A stretch of 64,000 bases of DNA. Origin: the human T2T-CHM13v2.0 reference genome, Homo sapiens. The notes beneath the pieces were generated by a model that made no database searches, was not told the DNA's origin, and saw nothing but the letters and a program-made list of their open reading frames with translations. The stretch lies in assembly GCF_009914755.1 (NCBI RefSeq), contig NC_060936.1. One strand, given 5' to 3'. Made by a program: the position numbers and the translations under genes. Position 1 is the stretch's first letter. Every line of letters begins with the position of its first letter. Positions 23,943 through 37,495 of this stretch are shown here, one piece after another.

Positions 23943-25270
23943 TCTTTTACCAGTCTTTGTTTAAATGAATTAAAATTATCTATTATTTAGAACTAAATAC
24001 CTTAATGCCTCAAAATATGACAGGAGTTGAATTTTCTACTTTTAAGAATAATGAAAGTCAGAAAGCTGACACTGAATTAAAGTAATATTATATAATAAAC
24101 CATATCTTTATGATTTTACTTTCTTTTTAGCATGGGTGAAATCTATCAGAAATATTTGTCTTTAAGAAACAAAAGTGCTATTTTAGAATTTTTATATATG
24201 AATGAAATGATATTTATTGGTGATATACTAACATAGCAAATAGTATGTTATTTAAAATAAGATGCATGCTTTTATAATACCATATCACATTAAACAATTA
24301 TCAGATCTTGAATTTATTAAGTGTTTTTTCCTTAATAACATGAAATTTTACATGTGAGACCTTAGCCTCATCATTAAAATAATATATGTAAATAAAATAA
24401 GAGACTGAAGAGATAGTAATAGATCCACTGGAATGGGCACATAAATTTTTGAGTGCAGTGGTTGAAAACAGCTTTTGAAAGTGTTCATAAGAGGATTAAT
24501 ATTCTTAAACACATTCAAGTTTACAGACCATCAGCAAGAGACCACACAACAGACATAACAACAGGACAGTAATAAGTTAAATAAGGTCTTTCAAAATCTT
24601 CCACTCTGATTTCTTCCAGACATTCCTAGGTCTCATCTCTAACTCCCTCCCACCCTCACTTAACTCAGTTTTGTCAGACACCAATTTTGCAACCTGGAAA
24701 AAAATGACTAGAAAAAAAATAGATGATGAAAAATAGAAGCCCATCATACCCAGCTTCTACCTAAGGGAAAACTAAGCTTAAGGGGAGGGATTTCAAAGTG
24801 AAACCAAGACCTACCTCAAGACTACTAAGTGAACTGGATATTTAATAGTGCCTGGAGAAATGCTACCATTGACCATACAGTAATAGCATTTGCCTAAATC
24901 TCAAGCAAAGTAAGGTGAAGAACTAGTGTCAGAGAACAAACATCAGGGTGTAAAGGGAAGACAATTAAAGTCCTTTTATGAGAACAGAGCAATAACAGTG
25001 CTTGTTTAAGTAAGAATTAGAAGAACTCCCTTGTATCAGGTATCACCCAAATATTTTTATATATCATTTGAGTCTGTGTGTGTGTGTATTTGCATGTTTA
25101 CATGCACTTATCCTCATAACTTTTGTCATTTGATATTGATTGGCACTTTATTATAGATAACATAAATCAGACTTAGAGATATTATGTAACCTGCCTAGCA
25201 AGTTAAATATTTTATTTGCCTAGCAAATAAAAATATAAGATGCCTAGCTAAATTTGAATTTCAGATATGA

Positions 25271-25576
<306 letters not shown>

Positions 25577-27305
25577 GATTTTTTTAAATATAAAATTATT
25601 TGGGATATTCTTATATTAAATAATCTTCCATTTGTTACTGGAAATTCAAACTGAACCTACGCTTTACCTACCACCCCTATTTATATCACACAGCTACTAA
25701 ATGGTTGTTCCAGAATTTGAAATCAGTTCTGCAGGATCTGTATACACTTTTGTCCCTATAGCTCTATGGTCTGTTTCAGAGGAGAAAAACTGGCAGCTTG
25801 GTTGTTTCTTCATACTGTTAAATCTCAGGATCTTCCTCTACAGCTTTTGGCCTGATGCATTTCCAGTATCACGTGCTGAAATCCACTGTTGCATCTCTCT
25901 ACATGGTTCTTACGGACCCAGTGGAATAACTCATCTCAAAGATGGGAAGAATGTAGTCATCTCGGTTTCTGTGGTTGTGTTTATTATTTCCCTGATGGTA
26001 AGAGCCTCCAAATAATTTTGACATTTCTCCTAAATCAACACTGTGCTTCCTAGTGCTTACCCAATTTGCGTTGTACAAGCCTCTTAGCTTCTACTACAAA
26101 TCAGATATTCTGGGCCAGTGGTTTTTCAAGCTGCTTTTGCAGACCAGAGCTTTTCTTGAAAGAGAAAATATTTTATTTGTAAAAATATAAAAATCTAGTT
26201 TGGATAAAACTGCACAAAATATATTTGATGCATTCTATTTAATCATATGCTTTAGAATAAAAAAAGATTTTTTTATTCTATTTAAACACTGTTTTTTAAA
26301 CACTGTTTAGTTGTTCCATTGGTATTAATCTTGTCTTTTGTGAGGTGTTGTTTTCTTATTGTTTATTATCAAGGTAAAATACACAATAAACTGGTAGGAA
26401 AACAGTAAATTCAGAATTTCAAGAAGCTAAAATAAGAAAATCAGATATTTTCTTTGGAAATTTTATTAATTTTCCTAGGGACTTAAATAAATGTTATAAC
26501 AGAGAATTAAAAAAAGTCTAGTAGGCTTATGAACAGGAAGTAGATTTATGAACAGCATACGTTATTCAGCTTGATAAAGAAAATGAAAAAAAAATACACT
26601 TAGAGAAAGTCAGACAATTACTTAGAATCCTCTGGTGTACACAACATTAGACTATTTTCTTGGAAATGTTTTAGCTGAGAAACACTTGCCTCTAGGAGTT
26701 TTAATCAAACGAGGAACACAAAACAGATTAAAATAATACATATACAAGTATAAAAGTATAAGCATATATCATAAAAGCATGTAACATACTTTCTATACAT
26801 ATGTGCCCCAAACAAAATTCTATTTTTATTACACATTAATATAACATGTGAAAAAGCTTTGAAAATAAACTAGTTGCACTGAGATACAAAAGTGCTATGT
26901 ATTTTAAAAGAATTTTTAAAAAGGAGGAATGGAATTCCTGAAGTGACTTGGTAAGTACAACAAACATAGCTATTTGGAACAATTTCAGGAAAACAGTAAG
27001 CCTATAAATGAACTCTGGAAGTAGAGAAAGCAGTGGATTAGAAAGGAATAACAGCAACTTGATATATCAGGAGAAAAAGCAAAGTGAAAATGGCACATAT
27101 GTTTACTTTGACTAGTGCAAAGGTATATGAGAGACAATGTGTTATGTGAATTATGGAGAGAAACATTAAATATTTGGTAAAGAGAAAGTGCTGCAGATTA
27201 CTAGAGTAGTGAGAAAAATATTATTTTGCTCCTGAGAAATCAGTAAGGAGAATAAATTAATTTAAATGTAAACAGAAAAAAACAGTTTGATTAGATAGTA
27301 GGAAG

Positions 27306-27452
27306 CAGTGATGTGCTGAGCTAGCTTTTCAGTACAAAAAAGCTAATCATTTAAATGTTAGTATTTTTAACTTTACATGATGGAAATTAGCCAATGCCAC
27401 AAGTCAAGGTTTTGTTTGCTTTTGTAGGGAGTGAGTTTACCAGCATGCAATA
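27306..27452. mobile_element. Possible MER63-like hAT DNA transposon fragment
   Basis: Begins CAGTGATGTGCTG and ends TTTACCAGCATGCAAT, resembling decayed terminal inverted repeats. Confidence 0.4.
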
Positions 27453-27720
27453 CAAATGATTGTTATAACTTGAAATCAGTTTCCAAATAACCTAATGGAA
27501 AATATGTTTGGGAATGTTTTGAGAAAAAAATGCTGTAACTATCTCCTTCTTAAATTATTTATTATATTATTTAGTAGGTCAAAAGTCAGAACATAGTTTC
27601 CTCGTAAAAATTATTTACCTCTGCACTAGTCAAAGTAAAAATTATACATGTCTTAATTATTTCCGGAAGAAAATTTTTCTAATTTTTCTGGATTGACTTG
27701 TGACATATTCATAATGATAT

Positions 27721-27819
27721 ATCTTCTATTGCTAGTTTATAATTTGTTAGTCTAAATGTTGTAGTCATAACTAGAAAACATTGAGTTTTCTTGCAAGTTT
27801 TGATATGATTGTTGTACAT
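27721..27819 (+). repeat. 99-bp direct repeat, copy 1
   Basis: Matches 28953-29051 with 4 mismatches and no gaps. Confidence 0.95.
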
Positions 27820-28952
27820 CATTATGAATATGAATATATTAATCTATATGATAGGTCTTTTTAAGATAACACTAAACACTAAAAGACTCTTCAATGTTTC
27901 TTAAAGAATGAGAAATAAAGCTAATTTGTATTTCATAAAGAGAAAGCTTCATTAGATGAATAAAATAAAATGAATAAAATGTATAAATGAATATATATAT
28001 AAGAGTGAGATAGAAGGAACAAACCTGTGTCAAAAAGATAACTTCTAATTTTTAAAAAATGTATTATTTTCCTTTTGTTACATGTTTACATGTCAGTTTA
28101 TGAAAAACTTAGAGGCTCAAAATTTATGTTTGTTTGTCTTGGTGCTTTGAATGTTAATTATATAATGATGTTTTATTAGATTATGAAGAATTGGGCCACA
28201 AATAGTGCCAGGACTTTCAACTGTATTTGAAATTGTATCCCTCAAGGTTAGCGATTAATAAAAATATAGGGCATAAAACGGCTTGTCACAGATAAAGCAT
28301 TTACACACTGCTGCTTCCTCAGGATTCACTTGCTTGAATAAATATCCCAAATAAATATACCATATAAAGCAAAATATTGCATTTGCTAAAATAAATACCC
28401 ATTCAAATGTGCACAGCTACAGATGGCTACAGCTCTTAGAGAAATAAATAGGGCTCAGTCTAGAATGAATGTAAGACATTGAAAGAGACATAAAACAGTT
28501 TTTCAGAACATGATAAAATGAATAGTGCATGATTTAAAACTGATTGACAGGTAATGAACTATAAAATCTGTATTGAAATGAAAATGACATAGAGAAAGAA
28601 TAACACATGGCCTTATTCCTACAGTCTTAGAGTTGAAAAATGGGAAATTTTCTAAACCACCAGCTCACAGAAATTAACCAAATTAAAAACTGATGACAAA
28701 TCTATGTGCTGTGATTGAATTAGCCTAGTTCCTGAGAAAAAGAAGTGCAATGCAATTTAACTACGAGGTATTAGAATTATATTCCTACTCATATCAGATT
28801 GAATTGGTAGTTGAAAATAAAATGTTTCCTGAATATGCATGTGTTTATGTATGCATACTTATGTTTCTAAATAATTCTTCATTTACTAGAGGATTTAAAC
28901 ATATGTTAGAGATCTACAATTTGCATCTTAGCCTATCAGCATACCCATGCAG

Positions 28953-29051
28953 ATCTTCTATTGCTAGTTTATAATTTGTCAGTCTAAATGTTGTAGCCAA
29001 AACTAGAAAACATTGAGTTTTCTTGCAAGTTTTGATATGATTGTTCTACAT
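28953..29051 (+). repeat. 99-bp direct repeat, copy 2
   Basis: Matches 27721-27819 with 4 mismatches. Confidence 0.95.
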
Positions 29052-29344
29052 TAAATTTTACCTGTGGTACTCACAAGAAGAATGCCTTTATATCTACCTT
29101 TATTTCTTTTTTCCTTGCTTAAAGGATCTGACAGGAAAAAAAATACAGGGTTCTCATGGGTAGCAGAATGGAAGTCTGCACTAAAGTTTGCACTGAAGAC
29201 TACCATTAAAAAATGAAACTAAAACTTATTTTATAAATGAAAAACGGTATGAAGTTACAATTATGTAAATGTATTACAAGCCCATTTCAAGATAAAAAAA
29301 CACACATGACTTAGCTATCATTTATTGATAACTTATTTGCCTAC

Positions 29345-29485
29345 ATCATGGACTGAATATTTGTGTCACCCCCAAATTTATGTTGAAATGCCACCTCCAG
29401 TGTGATAGTGTTAGGAGGTGGTGCCTTGGGAAATTATAGATTATAAGGGTGCATCCCTTATTAATGGGATTAGTACCCTTATAAT
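29345..29485 (+). mobile_element. MLT1A-like LTR 5' fragment
   Basis: CATGGACTGAATATTTGTGTCACCCCCAAATTTATGTTGAAA...AATGGGATTAGTACCCTTATAA. Confidence 0.65.
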
Positions 29486-30299
29486 GGGCTACTAATGACA
29501 ACCCTAGAGGTGTCAAGCAAATTTTCTAAATGTGCACAGGTAATAACTGGACACAGCCAAGATTCAAACCTGGTAGCCTTACTCGCAAACATGGGTTTTT
29601 GTAACCATAACAGAATTAAATATTTTTTGGAACACTATATATGCTAATTGTATATCTAAATACCTTAGAAGGAAGTTTATTACTTGAGTTCTACTAAATA
29701 TCCATCTTTGGCCCAGGGCCTAGATCAATAGATACATAATTAACACTGGATGCTAATTCTTTAATATAAAGAAGGAATTAGTGCTAGGAGCATTACTAAA
29801 AGGCATACTTCAAATAAACTTGTAAATAAGAGAATGTAATCTATAATGATTACACAGATTGGAGAACAGTCTAATGTATCTTAATAAAGCTGAATTGATT
29901 TTTATCTTATTACCACTTTACTTACAATAACTCATCAATTTCTTTATTTATGTTCATTAAAGTGTAAATTTCCTTCTGTTACCTATAGTCACTGGAAATG
30001 TTGAGGCCCACTTATAGTGTAAAGAAGAGACTCTAAGGTTTCTAAACACTTACCTTTAAATATACTGGTTTCAAGGGGGTCTATAAATCCTCTGAAAAAT
30101 CTGCACATATATATGTGTATATGGGTTGTCTACAGAGAAAACCTGTGGCTTTTCTTTAGAACACTGAGCCAATTTTTTGGAGTATATAACTCAATTTTTC
30201 TTCAAATTCTTACAATTCTATTCTAAGAATAGAATTTTCCACATCTGTTGAAAAGAAGATGACAGATGTAGAAAAAGAGAAAAAGAGAGAGGTTGCCAA

Positions 30300-30630
30300 C
30301 CAAGAGCATGTAATGGTTAAAAGAAGATGTTTGAGAGAGAGAGGCTACAGTTTTGAATCTTGACCACGGCCACTAACTACCTGTGTGAGCTTGGACAATT
30401 ATGTTAACTTCTCTGTTTCCTAGGTTTGTCATCAGAGAACTGGGGAAAAATAGCAGCATATTGGGGTGCTATATGAAATTAAACAATTTTGCTATACATA
30501 AATCTTGAAGAGTTTAAAACCTCAGTTTGAGTCCTGTGTCTTTACTTAGTTACTGTGTGACCTTAGAAAACTCAATTAATTTATGTTTCTAAAATTCAGG
30601 TCACTGGAGTTTAAATTGGTAAAAATAATG
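30300..30630 (+). mobile_element. Two adjacent MIR fragments
   Basis: CACTAACTACCTGTGTGAGCTTGGACAATT and TTACTTAGTTACTGTGTGACCTTAG are MIR core motifs. Confidence 0.55.
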
Positions 30631-30639
30631 ACTCTTCTA

Positions 30640-31130
30640 AATATCTATGGCAATATAACAAACCACCTCAAACTTAGTAGCTTGAAACAATAAATATTAA
30701 TTTTGCTATTTAGGCAGGGTTCAAGGGAAACAGCTCTTCTCTTTCACAGAGCATGAACTGCTGGTTGTGACTCAATGGCTTGGGCTGAAAGCATGTGCAG
30801 GCTCCCTGCCTCTTGTATCTGGTAGTTGATGTTGACTGTCGCATGGAATCTTAATTGGACTCTCAATAGAAATATCTACATGTAGCCTCTCCATGTGACT
30901 TCTTGACTGCCTCATAGCATGGTGGTTGGGACCCAAGAATGAGAATCCAAAAAAAACTAGGCAGACACTATATTGCTTTTATGCCTAATCTCAGAAATCA
31001 CATGATATCATATCTGCCATAATCATAAGCACATTCAAATTCAAGAGGAGGGAACATGGATCCCATTACATGAGAAAAATGTCAAAGTCACAGAGTAAGA
31101 AGAACATGTTGGGCGTACAATCAACCATAG
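30640..31130 (-). mobile_element. MLT1H/I-like MaLR LTR
   Basis: ATAACAAACCACCTCAAACTTAGTAGCTTGAAACAA...GCCTCTCCATGTGACTT...CTCATAGCATGGTGG. Confidence 0.65.
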
Positions 31131-31214
31131 CTATCTAGCACGTTGGGCTGTTGCCAGAATAAAATAAAACAATATATCTGAAAATGTGTTGTAATACTTT
31201 AAGTTCAGTAATCA

Positions 31215-31470
31215 ACTTGTCATAATTATATATGACTTATGTTATAATATAAATAATTATAAATATATATAATATATTATATATAATTATATACAATATA
31301 TTATATATAATATATTTTTATAATATACATATTATATTATATATAATACAATATATATACATAATACAATATATATAATACTATATATAATATATATATA
31401 ATACATATAATATATATGTTATAATATAAATATAATGCAAATAAAATGCATTATAACTATATGTTATTAT
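31215..31470. repeat. Degenerate (TA)n / AT low-complexity tract
   Basis: About 250 bp of TATA/TAATA units. Confidence 0.9.
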
Positions 31471-31929
31471 TATCCAGAGTAAGGACAAAAAATAATATTT
31501 CAGCAATGTTGATTAGTTTGAATACTTTGCTATAACTTTGAATTTCACTATAGCTTAGATGGAAAACACAGCAAAATTGTAAAATGAGGCACAAGTTTGA
31601 TGGATTTTAGAATATTAAAAACATTGCTGAGAATACTTAATTTATATATCCCCATATATATATCTGAGAATTAGGCTATTTTTAAAATTAGGTATTGTAC
31701 CCACTCTAGCTTGGTACTTTCCATATTTTAAAGGTTAGAAACTCTTTAAGAATCATAGAAAAATAGCACTGATAGAAGAATTTTCGACAATTTATGGAAG
31801 CCCAGATGCAGAAGGAAAAATATTTCCTCATGAGGAGTGAAAATATCTTTATAATATATCAGCAAAATTTTCCCTTAAGAATAAAGACAAAAAAAGGGCT
31901 AACAAAATTTGAGTCTCACCAAAAGGAAT

Positions 31930-33900
31930 TTTTAAATGTATTAGATTGTGTATATTTGAGATTTACAGCATAATATTATGGGATCCATATCAATCTTCTC
32001 AGTTACTTTTTGCAACAAAAGCAGCTAAAATCGAAAATCCACTTATCTATCAAAAATTTCTAACATAATAAAATTTCATTAACTATAGTTTGTCTTTTGT
32101 ACATTAGATCTCTACACCTGTTCATATCTGCAAACGCCTTTAAAGGAAATTCTTATATCTGATACTTTGACTCTTTAATATTTTTCTCTCTATGTCTGGC
32201 TTATTTTTACTTACTGTAATGCCCTCCAGGCCTATCTACATTGTAGCAAATGACAAATCTCCTTTTTTAAGGTTGAATATTATTCCATTCTAAATGTATA
32301 ACACATTTACTTTATCCATTCTTTCAGCAAAAGACACTTATTTTATGTCTATATCTTGGATATTATGAATAATGCTGCAATAAACATGGGAATGCAGGTA
32401 TCTTTGTGAGGTGGTGTTTTGTTTCCTTTGTGTATATACCCAGAAGAGGCATGACTGGGTCACGTGGTAGTTCTATTTTTAATTTCTTTAGTAACCTCCA
32501 TACTGATTTCCATAATGGCCATACCAATCTATATTTTCACCAGGGGGTTCATGAACCAAAACAATTAATATCGTTAAAATGTCTATACTACCCAAAGCAA
32601 AGTACATATTTAACACAATCCTTATCAAAATTGCAATACTATTCATCATAGAAATACAACAAACAATAATAAAATTTGCATAGAACCACAAATAAAAAAA
32701 CAAAATAGGCTAGATGGGGTGGCTTATGCCCATAATCCTGGCATTTGGGATGCCGAAACAGGAGGGTTGCTTTAGGCCAGGAGTTTGAGACTAGCCTGGC
32801 CAACATAGTGAGACTCCCATCTCTACTGAAAATAGAAAAACTTAGCTGGGTGTAGTGGTGTACAGTGGTAGTCCTAGCTACATGGGAGACTAAGGTGGGA
32901 GGAGTACTAGGGTTATCAGGAGTTCAAGGCTACAGTGAGCCATAATTGTGCCACAGTACTCCAGCCTGGGCCACAGAGTTCTTACTCTGTTGAGACTTAG
33001 TCTCTTCTTAATCTGTTGAGATGCAAAAGAAAAAACAAGCAAACAAAACAAAACACCAAAAACCAAAAAAACAAACAGCCAAAGCATACTGAGAAAGTAA
33101 AACAAATTGGAGGCATCATACTTCCTGATTTAAAATTCTGTTACAAAGTTATAGTAATCAAAACAATATGATAATATGACACTGGCATAAAAACAAAAAA
33201 TAGATCATTGGAATACAATGAAGAGCCCAGAAATAAATCCAAACATATACAGTTAACTTATTTTCCTAAAGGGCACTGAGAACACACAATGGGGAATCTT
33301 CAATAAAAGGTATTGAGAAAACTGGATTTCCACATTCAAAAGAATAAAACTAGACCCTTATCTTACACCATCCACAAAAATAACTCAAAATAAAGAAAAG
33401 ACCTAAATGTAAGACCTGAAATCACAAAATTCTTAAAAGATAACATGTAAAAAGGTTTATTGACAATGATTTTTTTGGATATCACACCAAAAGCTTAGGC
33501 TACAAAAACAAAAATAAATAAATGAGACTAATCAAACTAAAAAGCTTCTGCACAGCAAAGGAAAGAAGCAACGAAATGAAAGGGCAACCTATGGACTGAG
33601 AAAAAAAGATTTCCAAACCATCTATCTGATAAGGGGTTAATATCCAAAATGTATAAACAACTCTTACAACCCAATATCAGAAAAACAAACAATCTGATTT
33701 TTAAAAGGAGCAAAGAATCTGAACAAACATTTCTCTAAAAAAGACATACAAATAGCTAACAGGTATATGAGAAGATGCTCATCATGAATCACTGGGGATA
33801 TAGAAATTAAAACCACTGTAAGATATCACCTCACACCCCTTAGGAATGTTAGGATGGCTACTATCAACAAAACAATAGATTAAAAATGTTAGACAAAAGG
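31930..33900 (-). mobile_element. Old L1MA-class element with inverted 5' portion (3' end on minus strand 31930-32545; ORF2 on plus strand 32550-33900)
   Basis: A minus-strand L1 3'UTR/ORF2 end abuts a plus-strand ORF2 piece that stops at the adjoining consensus position. Confidence 0.75.
32708..33075 (+). mobile_element. AluJ-like element inserted in L1 ORF2
   Basis: Diverged dimer with J-type motifs (GCCAGGAGTTTGAGACTAGCCTGG, AGGAGTTCAAGGCTACAGTGAGCCATAATT) and an AAAC-rich tail. Confidence 0.85.
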
Positions 33901-34147
33901 GACTTTCTAAAAGTTATACTTCAGGCAGAATGAAAAGTAGCTAGAATGGAAGGCCTGAGGCTTTAGAAGGAATGATAGCAAAGACAACAGAAAGCATGAA
34001 GGTATGCATAAAATTTTAAAAGCATAAACCAATAATACAACCATACATATTCTGTGGGTTAAAAACAAATACAGAATTAAAATATTTGGATATAATAATA
34101 AAAAAGTCCTAAACTGGAAAGGATAAGAAATTTTTATGTACTTTGAA

Positions 34148-35012
34148 CAGGTATCAGCAATTTTTTTCCTTAAAGGCTTTGTAGTCTAAGAGGCAAAAGA
34201 AAGTATAGGTACCTATAAAAAAAAAGAAAGAATACACTTCTTTAATTGTTTTAATTGATGTAGTTCAAAATGTAATAATGATTGAAGACGACTTTTTCTG
34301 TAATATAGATCTACTAATGAGAAGAATGAACATTTGGGGATGAGGATGACAATTTAATTACAGTTCATAATTAGTATTATCTGTCATCAAAATTGATTGC
34401 AAATATGCTTCTGTTAATGCTGATTTATAATGAGATTTTGCATATTTTATGTTTGAAAAATTTCACACAAATACGTGGTGCCAAATAATGATATCAACAA
34501 GTGAGCCACTTGGAAACTTACTTTGGTTGCAGCCTCATTTTTTTATTCTGCCGTGATAAGACATTCTGTTTTAAATTTTTGGATATTTATGATTGTTGCT
34601 TTCTTGGGGTTGACGATATTTTAATGAGTGCCTAGTGTTATAATGTTGATGTATATTTTATTGGTTGAGCACAGCTATAATGTCATTGAATAATAAACAC
34701 AATACGTTGACTTCTGATATGATAAAAAATAATTCACTCTCTATTGTGTCTAAATGTTAAGGCATTTGAAGTTGACTTTTCCTGTTTAGACATGACAGGC
34801 ACGTACTAGTATTAAAAAATAAAAGTAAAATATCCCAGTACAGAACTACATATGGCACTCAAAAAGCTTTGGACTTATGACTTCATCAATAAAGTTTGAA
34901 TTTTGTATTAGTTTCTCATGTCATGAACTTTATTTTACTTTGACTTTTTCTATTTATTTAAAAATGTAAAACTCATTCTTAGGTAACAGTTTGTACATAA
35001 AAGATATGGCCA
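34148..35012. mobile_element. hAT-Charlie DNA transposon remnant (Cheshire/MER58-like)
   Basis: Start CAGGTATCAGCAATTTTTTTCC...GAGGCAAAA and end AAAAATGTAAAACTCATTCTTAG resemble MER58/Cheshire ends. Confidence 0.5.
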
Positions 35013-35299
35013 AAAAAGCAGAATAAAAAGGACAAAATCAGTTAGTAGAGATAAATAAAACTATCTTGATAATCAAAATTAATTAAAACCAACTAACCCT
35101 CTAGTTAAAAAGCAAAGATATTTAGGTTGTATTTTAAAATATCCAATAAAATTTTATTTTTAGGAAAACTCCTAAAAATAATTAAAATCTTTTGCAAACT
35201 ATTTCAGAATGGAAAAGAGGGAACACTGTCCAAAATGTTTTGTGAAGTCTGTATAACGTTTACTCCAAAACCCCATAAGGACTATACAATGAATATCTC

Positions 35300-36240
35300 A
35301 AAAATCCAAATGCAAATTAAAATAAAAATAAGATACCACTACAGACTTATTAGAGTGCCTAACATCTAAAACACAGATAATAGCAAATGCTGGCAAAGAT
35401 ATGTAGCTACAGGAATTCTCTCATTCACTGATGGTAGAAATGAAAAATGGTATAGCCACTTTGGAAGGTAGTTTGGCAACTTCTTGCAGAACTAAACATA
35501 CTCATACCAAGCTATCCAGCAACCACGCTTCTTTGTATTTACCCACATGAGCTGAAAACTATGTCCATAAAACAAATCCTATACATGAATGTTTATAGCA
35601 ACAGTATTAATAGTTGCCAAAACTTGGAAGCAACCAAGATGCCCTACAACAGATAGATAAACTGTTATTATATATACCCTAAAATATTATTCAGCACTAA
35701 AATTGAAAAATATTTACACTCAAATATTATTTAGCCCTATGAAAAAGAGCTATCAACTCATAAAAAGGCATGGAGGAACCTCAAAAGCAAATTACAAAAT
35801 GAAAAATGTCAAGCTGAAAAGCCTACGTAATATGCGATTTCAACTACCTGACATTCTCGAAATGGCAAAAATATGGAAACAATAAAATGATAAGTGGTTA
35901 CCAGAGGATTCAGAGGAGGGAGGAATGTCTAGGTAGAGCACAGGAGATTTTTAGAGCAGTGAAACTATCCTATATGATGCTATAAATGTGAATACATGTC
36001 ACTTTACATTTTTCAAAACTCCTAAAAGTACAAAACCAAGAATGAACCCTAATGTAAACTAAAAACTAGGGACTTCGGGTTCATCAGTTGTAACACATGT
36101 AGTACTCTGACGTGGGATGTTGATGTTAGGCGAGCTATCTATTTGTGTAGGGAAGAAACATGTGAGAACTCTGTAATTTTGGCTCAAATTTTCTATGAAC
36201 CTAAAACTGCTTTAAAAAATAAAATCTATAATTTTAAAAA
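35300..36240 (+). mobile_element. L1MC-class 3' end
   Basis: CAAATGCAAATTAAAA...AAACTTGGAAGCAACCAAGATG...AATGAACCCTAATGTAAACT...GAACCTAAAACTGCTTTAAAAAATAAAATCTAT. Confidence 0.75.
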
Positions 36241-36519
36241 ACAAAAATAAAGCTCAGTAGTAATTGTGAGCACAATGAAACATTTCTAAGCAAAACATAG
36301 TTACATTACATCAAGAAACAATAATAATAAAGAAAAAGTATTCTGATAAATAAAAATTTATCCCAGAAATATGACTGGTTTAACATTAGAAAATAAACAA
36401 ATGTAATTTGTAATGGTAAATAGATTAACTGGATTTTCCTCTTTTAATGAAAATCAATTAATTACCTAATAAATTCAGAGAATGGATGCTTGTAGAATTC
36501 AACATTTAATTATAATAAA

Positions 36520-36835
36520 GGGGTGGATGGGCTAGGGGGTTGAAGATATGTTGGTTGAAGGATACAAAATTTCAGTTAGATACAGGAATAAGTTTAAGAG
36601 ATCTACTGTACAACATGATGACTATGGTTAATAATATTCTTGAGAAATGTTGGGAGAGCGGATATAAAGTATTCTCACCACAAAAATGATGACTATGTAA
36701 AGTGATTCTTACGTTGATTGCCAAGATTTGGTCACTTTCCAATAGTATATGTGCTTCAAAACATCATGTCGTATATGGTAAAAGCATACAATTTTGTCTG
36801 TCAACTAAAATAAACAAGTGAAAATAAAAATAAAA
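36520..36835 (+). mobile_element. L1MA8-like 3'UTR fragment
   Basis: GGATACAAAATTTCAGTTAGATACAGGAATAAGTTTAAGAGATCTACTGTACAACATG...ATTCTCACCACAAAA. Confidence 0.7.
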
Positions 36836-37189
36836 ACTATTACAATAATGATTACTATAAATAAAAGTGGAATAGATTATTTGAAGCAAAACTGCAATTA
36901 AGAATTTCTTTACCTCTTCCAAATAAGGAACAGTTTGTAAAATTTCCTACTATTACTTGTTGGCTGAGTGACAAACAATAGGACATTTTATAAACTCTTA
37001 GTAGGATAATATATTGGTTTATCACTCTTTTTTTCCTTCAAATTGAAGGCATTCATATTTCTTATCTACGATATCCAGTCCTAGACTCTTAGACATATAT
37101 CTTGGAGGCATATAGACCAGGAGAAATAGACAATAAAATCATACAATATCTACTCTTTTTTTCCTGCCTTTCTTTAATACTTACCTTGA

Positions 37190-37495
37190 TATTCTTTTAT
37201 ATTGTTGAATATACCAGTAGTTTGTTCTTTGTAATTGCCAAATAGTATGTCATTTTATTATTATACCATGATTTATTAAAAAAATTCTTTTAGGTGGCTT
37301 TTTCTTTTTGGCTATTATGAATTAAGCTGCTGCAAATATTTTAGAAGTGATGTTATGGACATATGCTCTTATTTCTCTTAGGCATGTACTTAGGAGTGGA
37401 ATTGCTGGGTTATAAGATGAGAATATGTTAAACTTTATAGACATTGGCAAACAGTTTATCAAATTAATATATTATTTTAAATTGCCAGCAACAAT
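37190..37495 (-). mobile_element. L1ME-class fragment
   Basis: TTTTGGCTATTATGAATTAAGCTGCTGC...CTTAGGAGTGGAATTGCTGGGT is reverse L1 ORF2 C-terminal sequence. Confidence 0.65.

Noticed and set aside
27721-29051. 99-bp repeats as LTRs of a small retroelement or a CRISPR-like array
   Set aside because: Only two copies, with no TG...CA ends, primer-binding site, polypurine tract or TSD, and no regular spacer architecture.
30214-30236. 11-bp-arm palindrome AATTCTATTCT-A-AGAATAGAATT
   Set aside because: Short and AT-rich; plausible by chance or slippage.
31215-31470. AT-rich tract as a special element
   Set aside because: Ordinary degenerate (TA)n low-complexity sequence.
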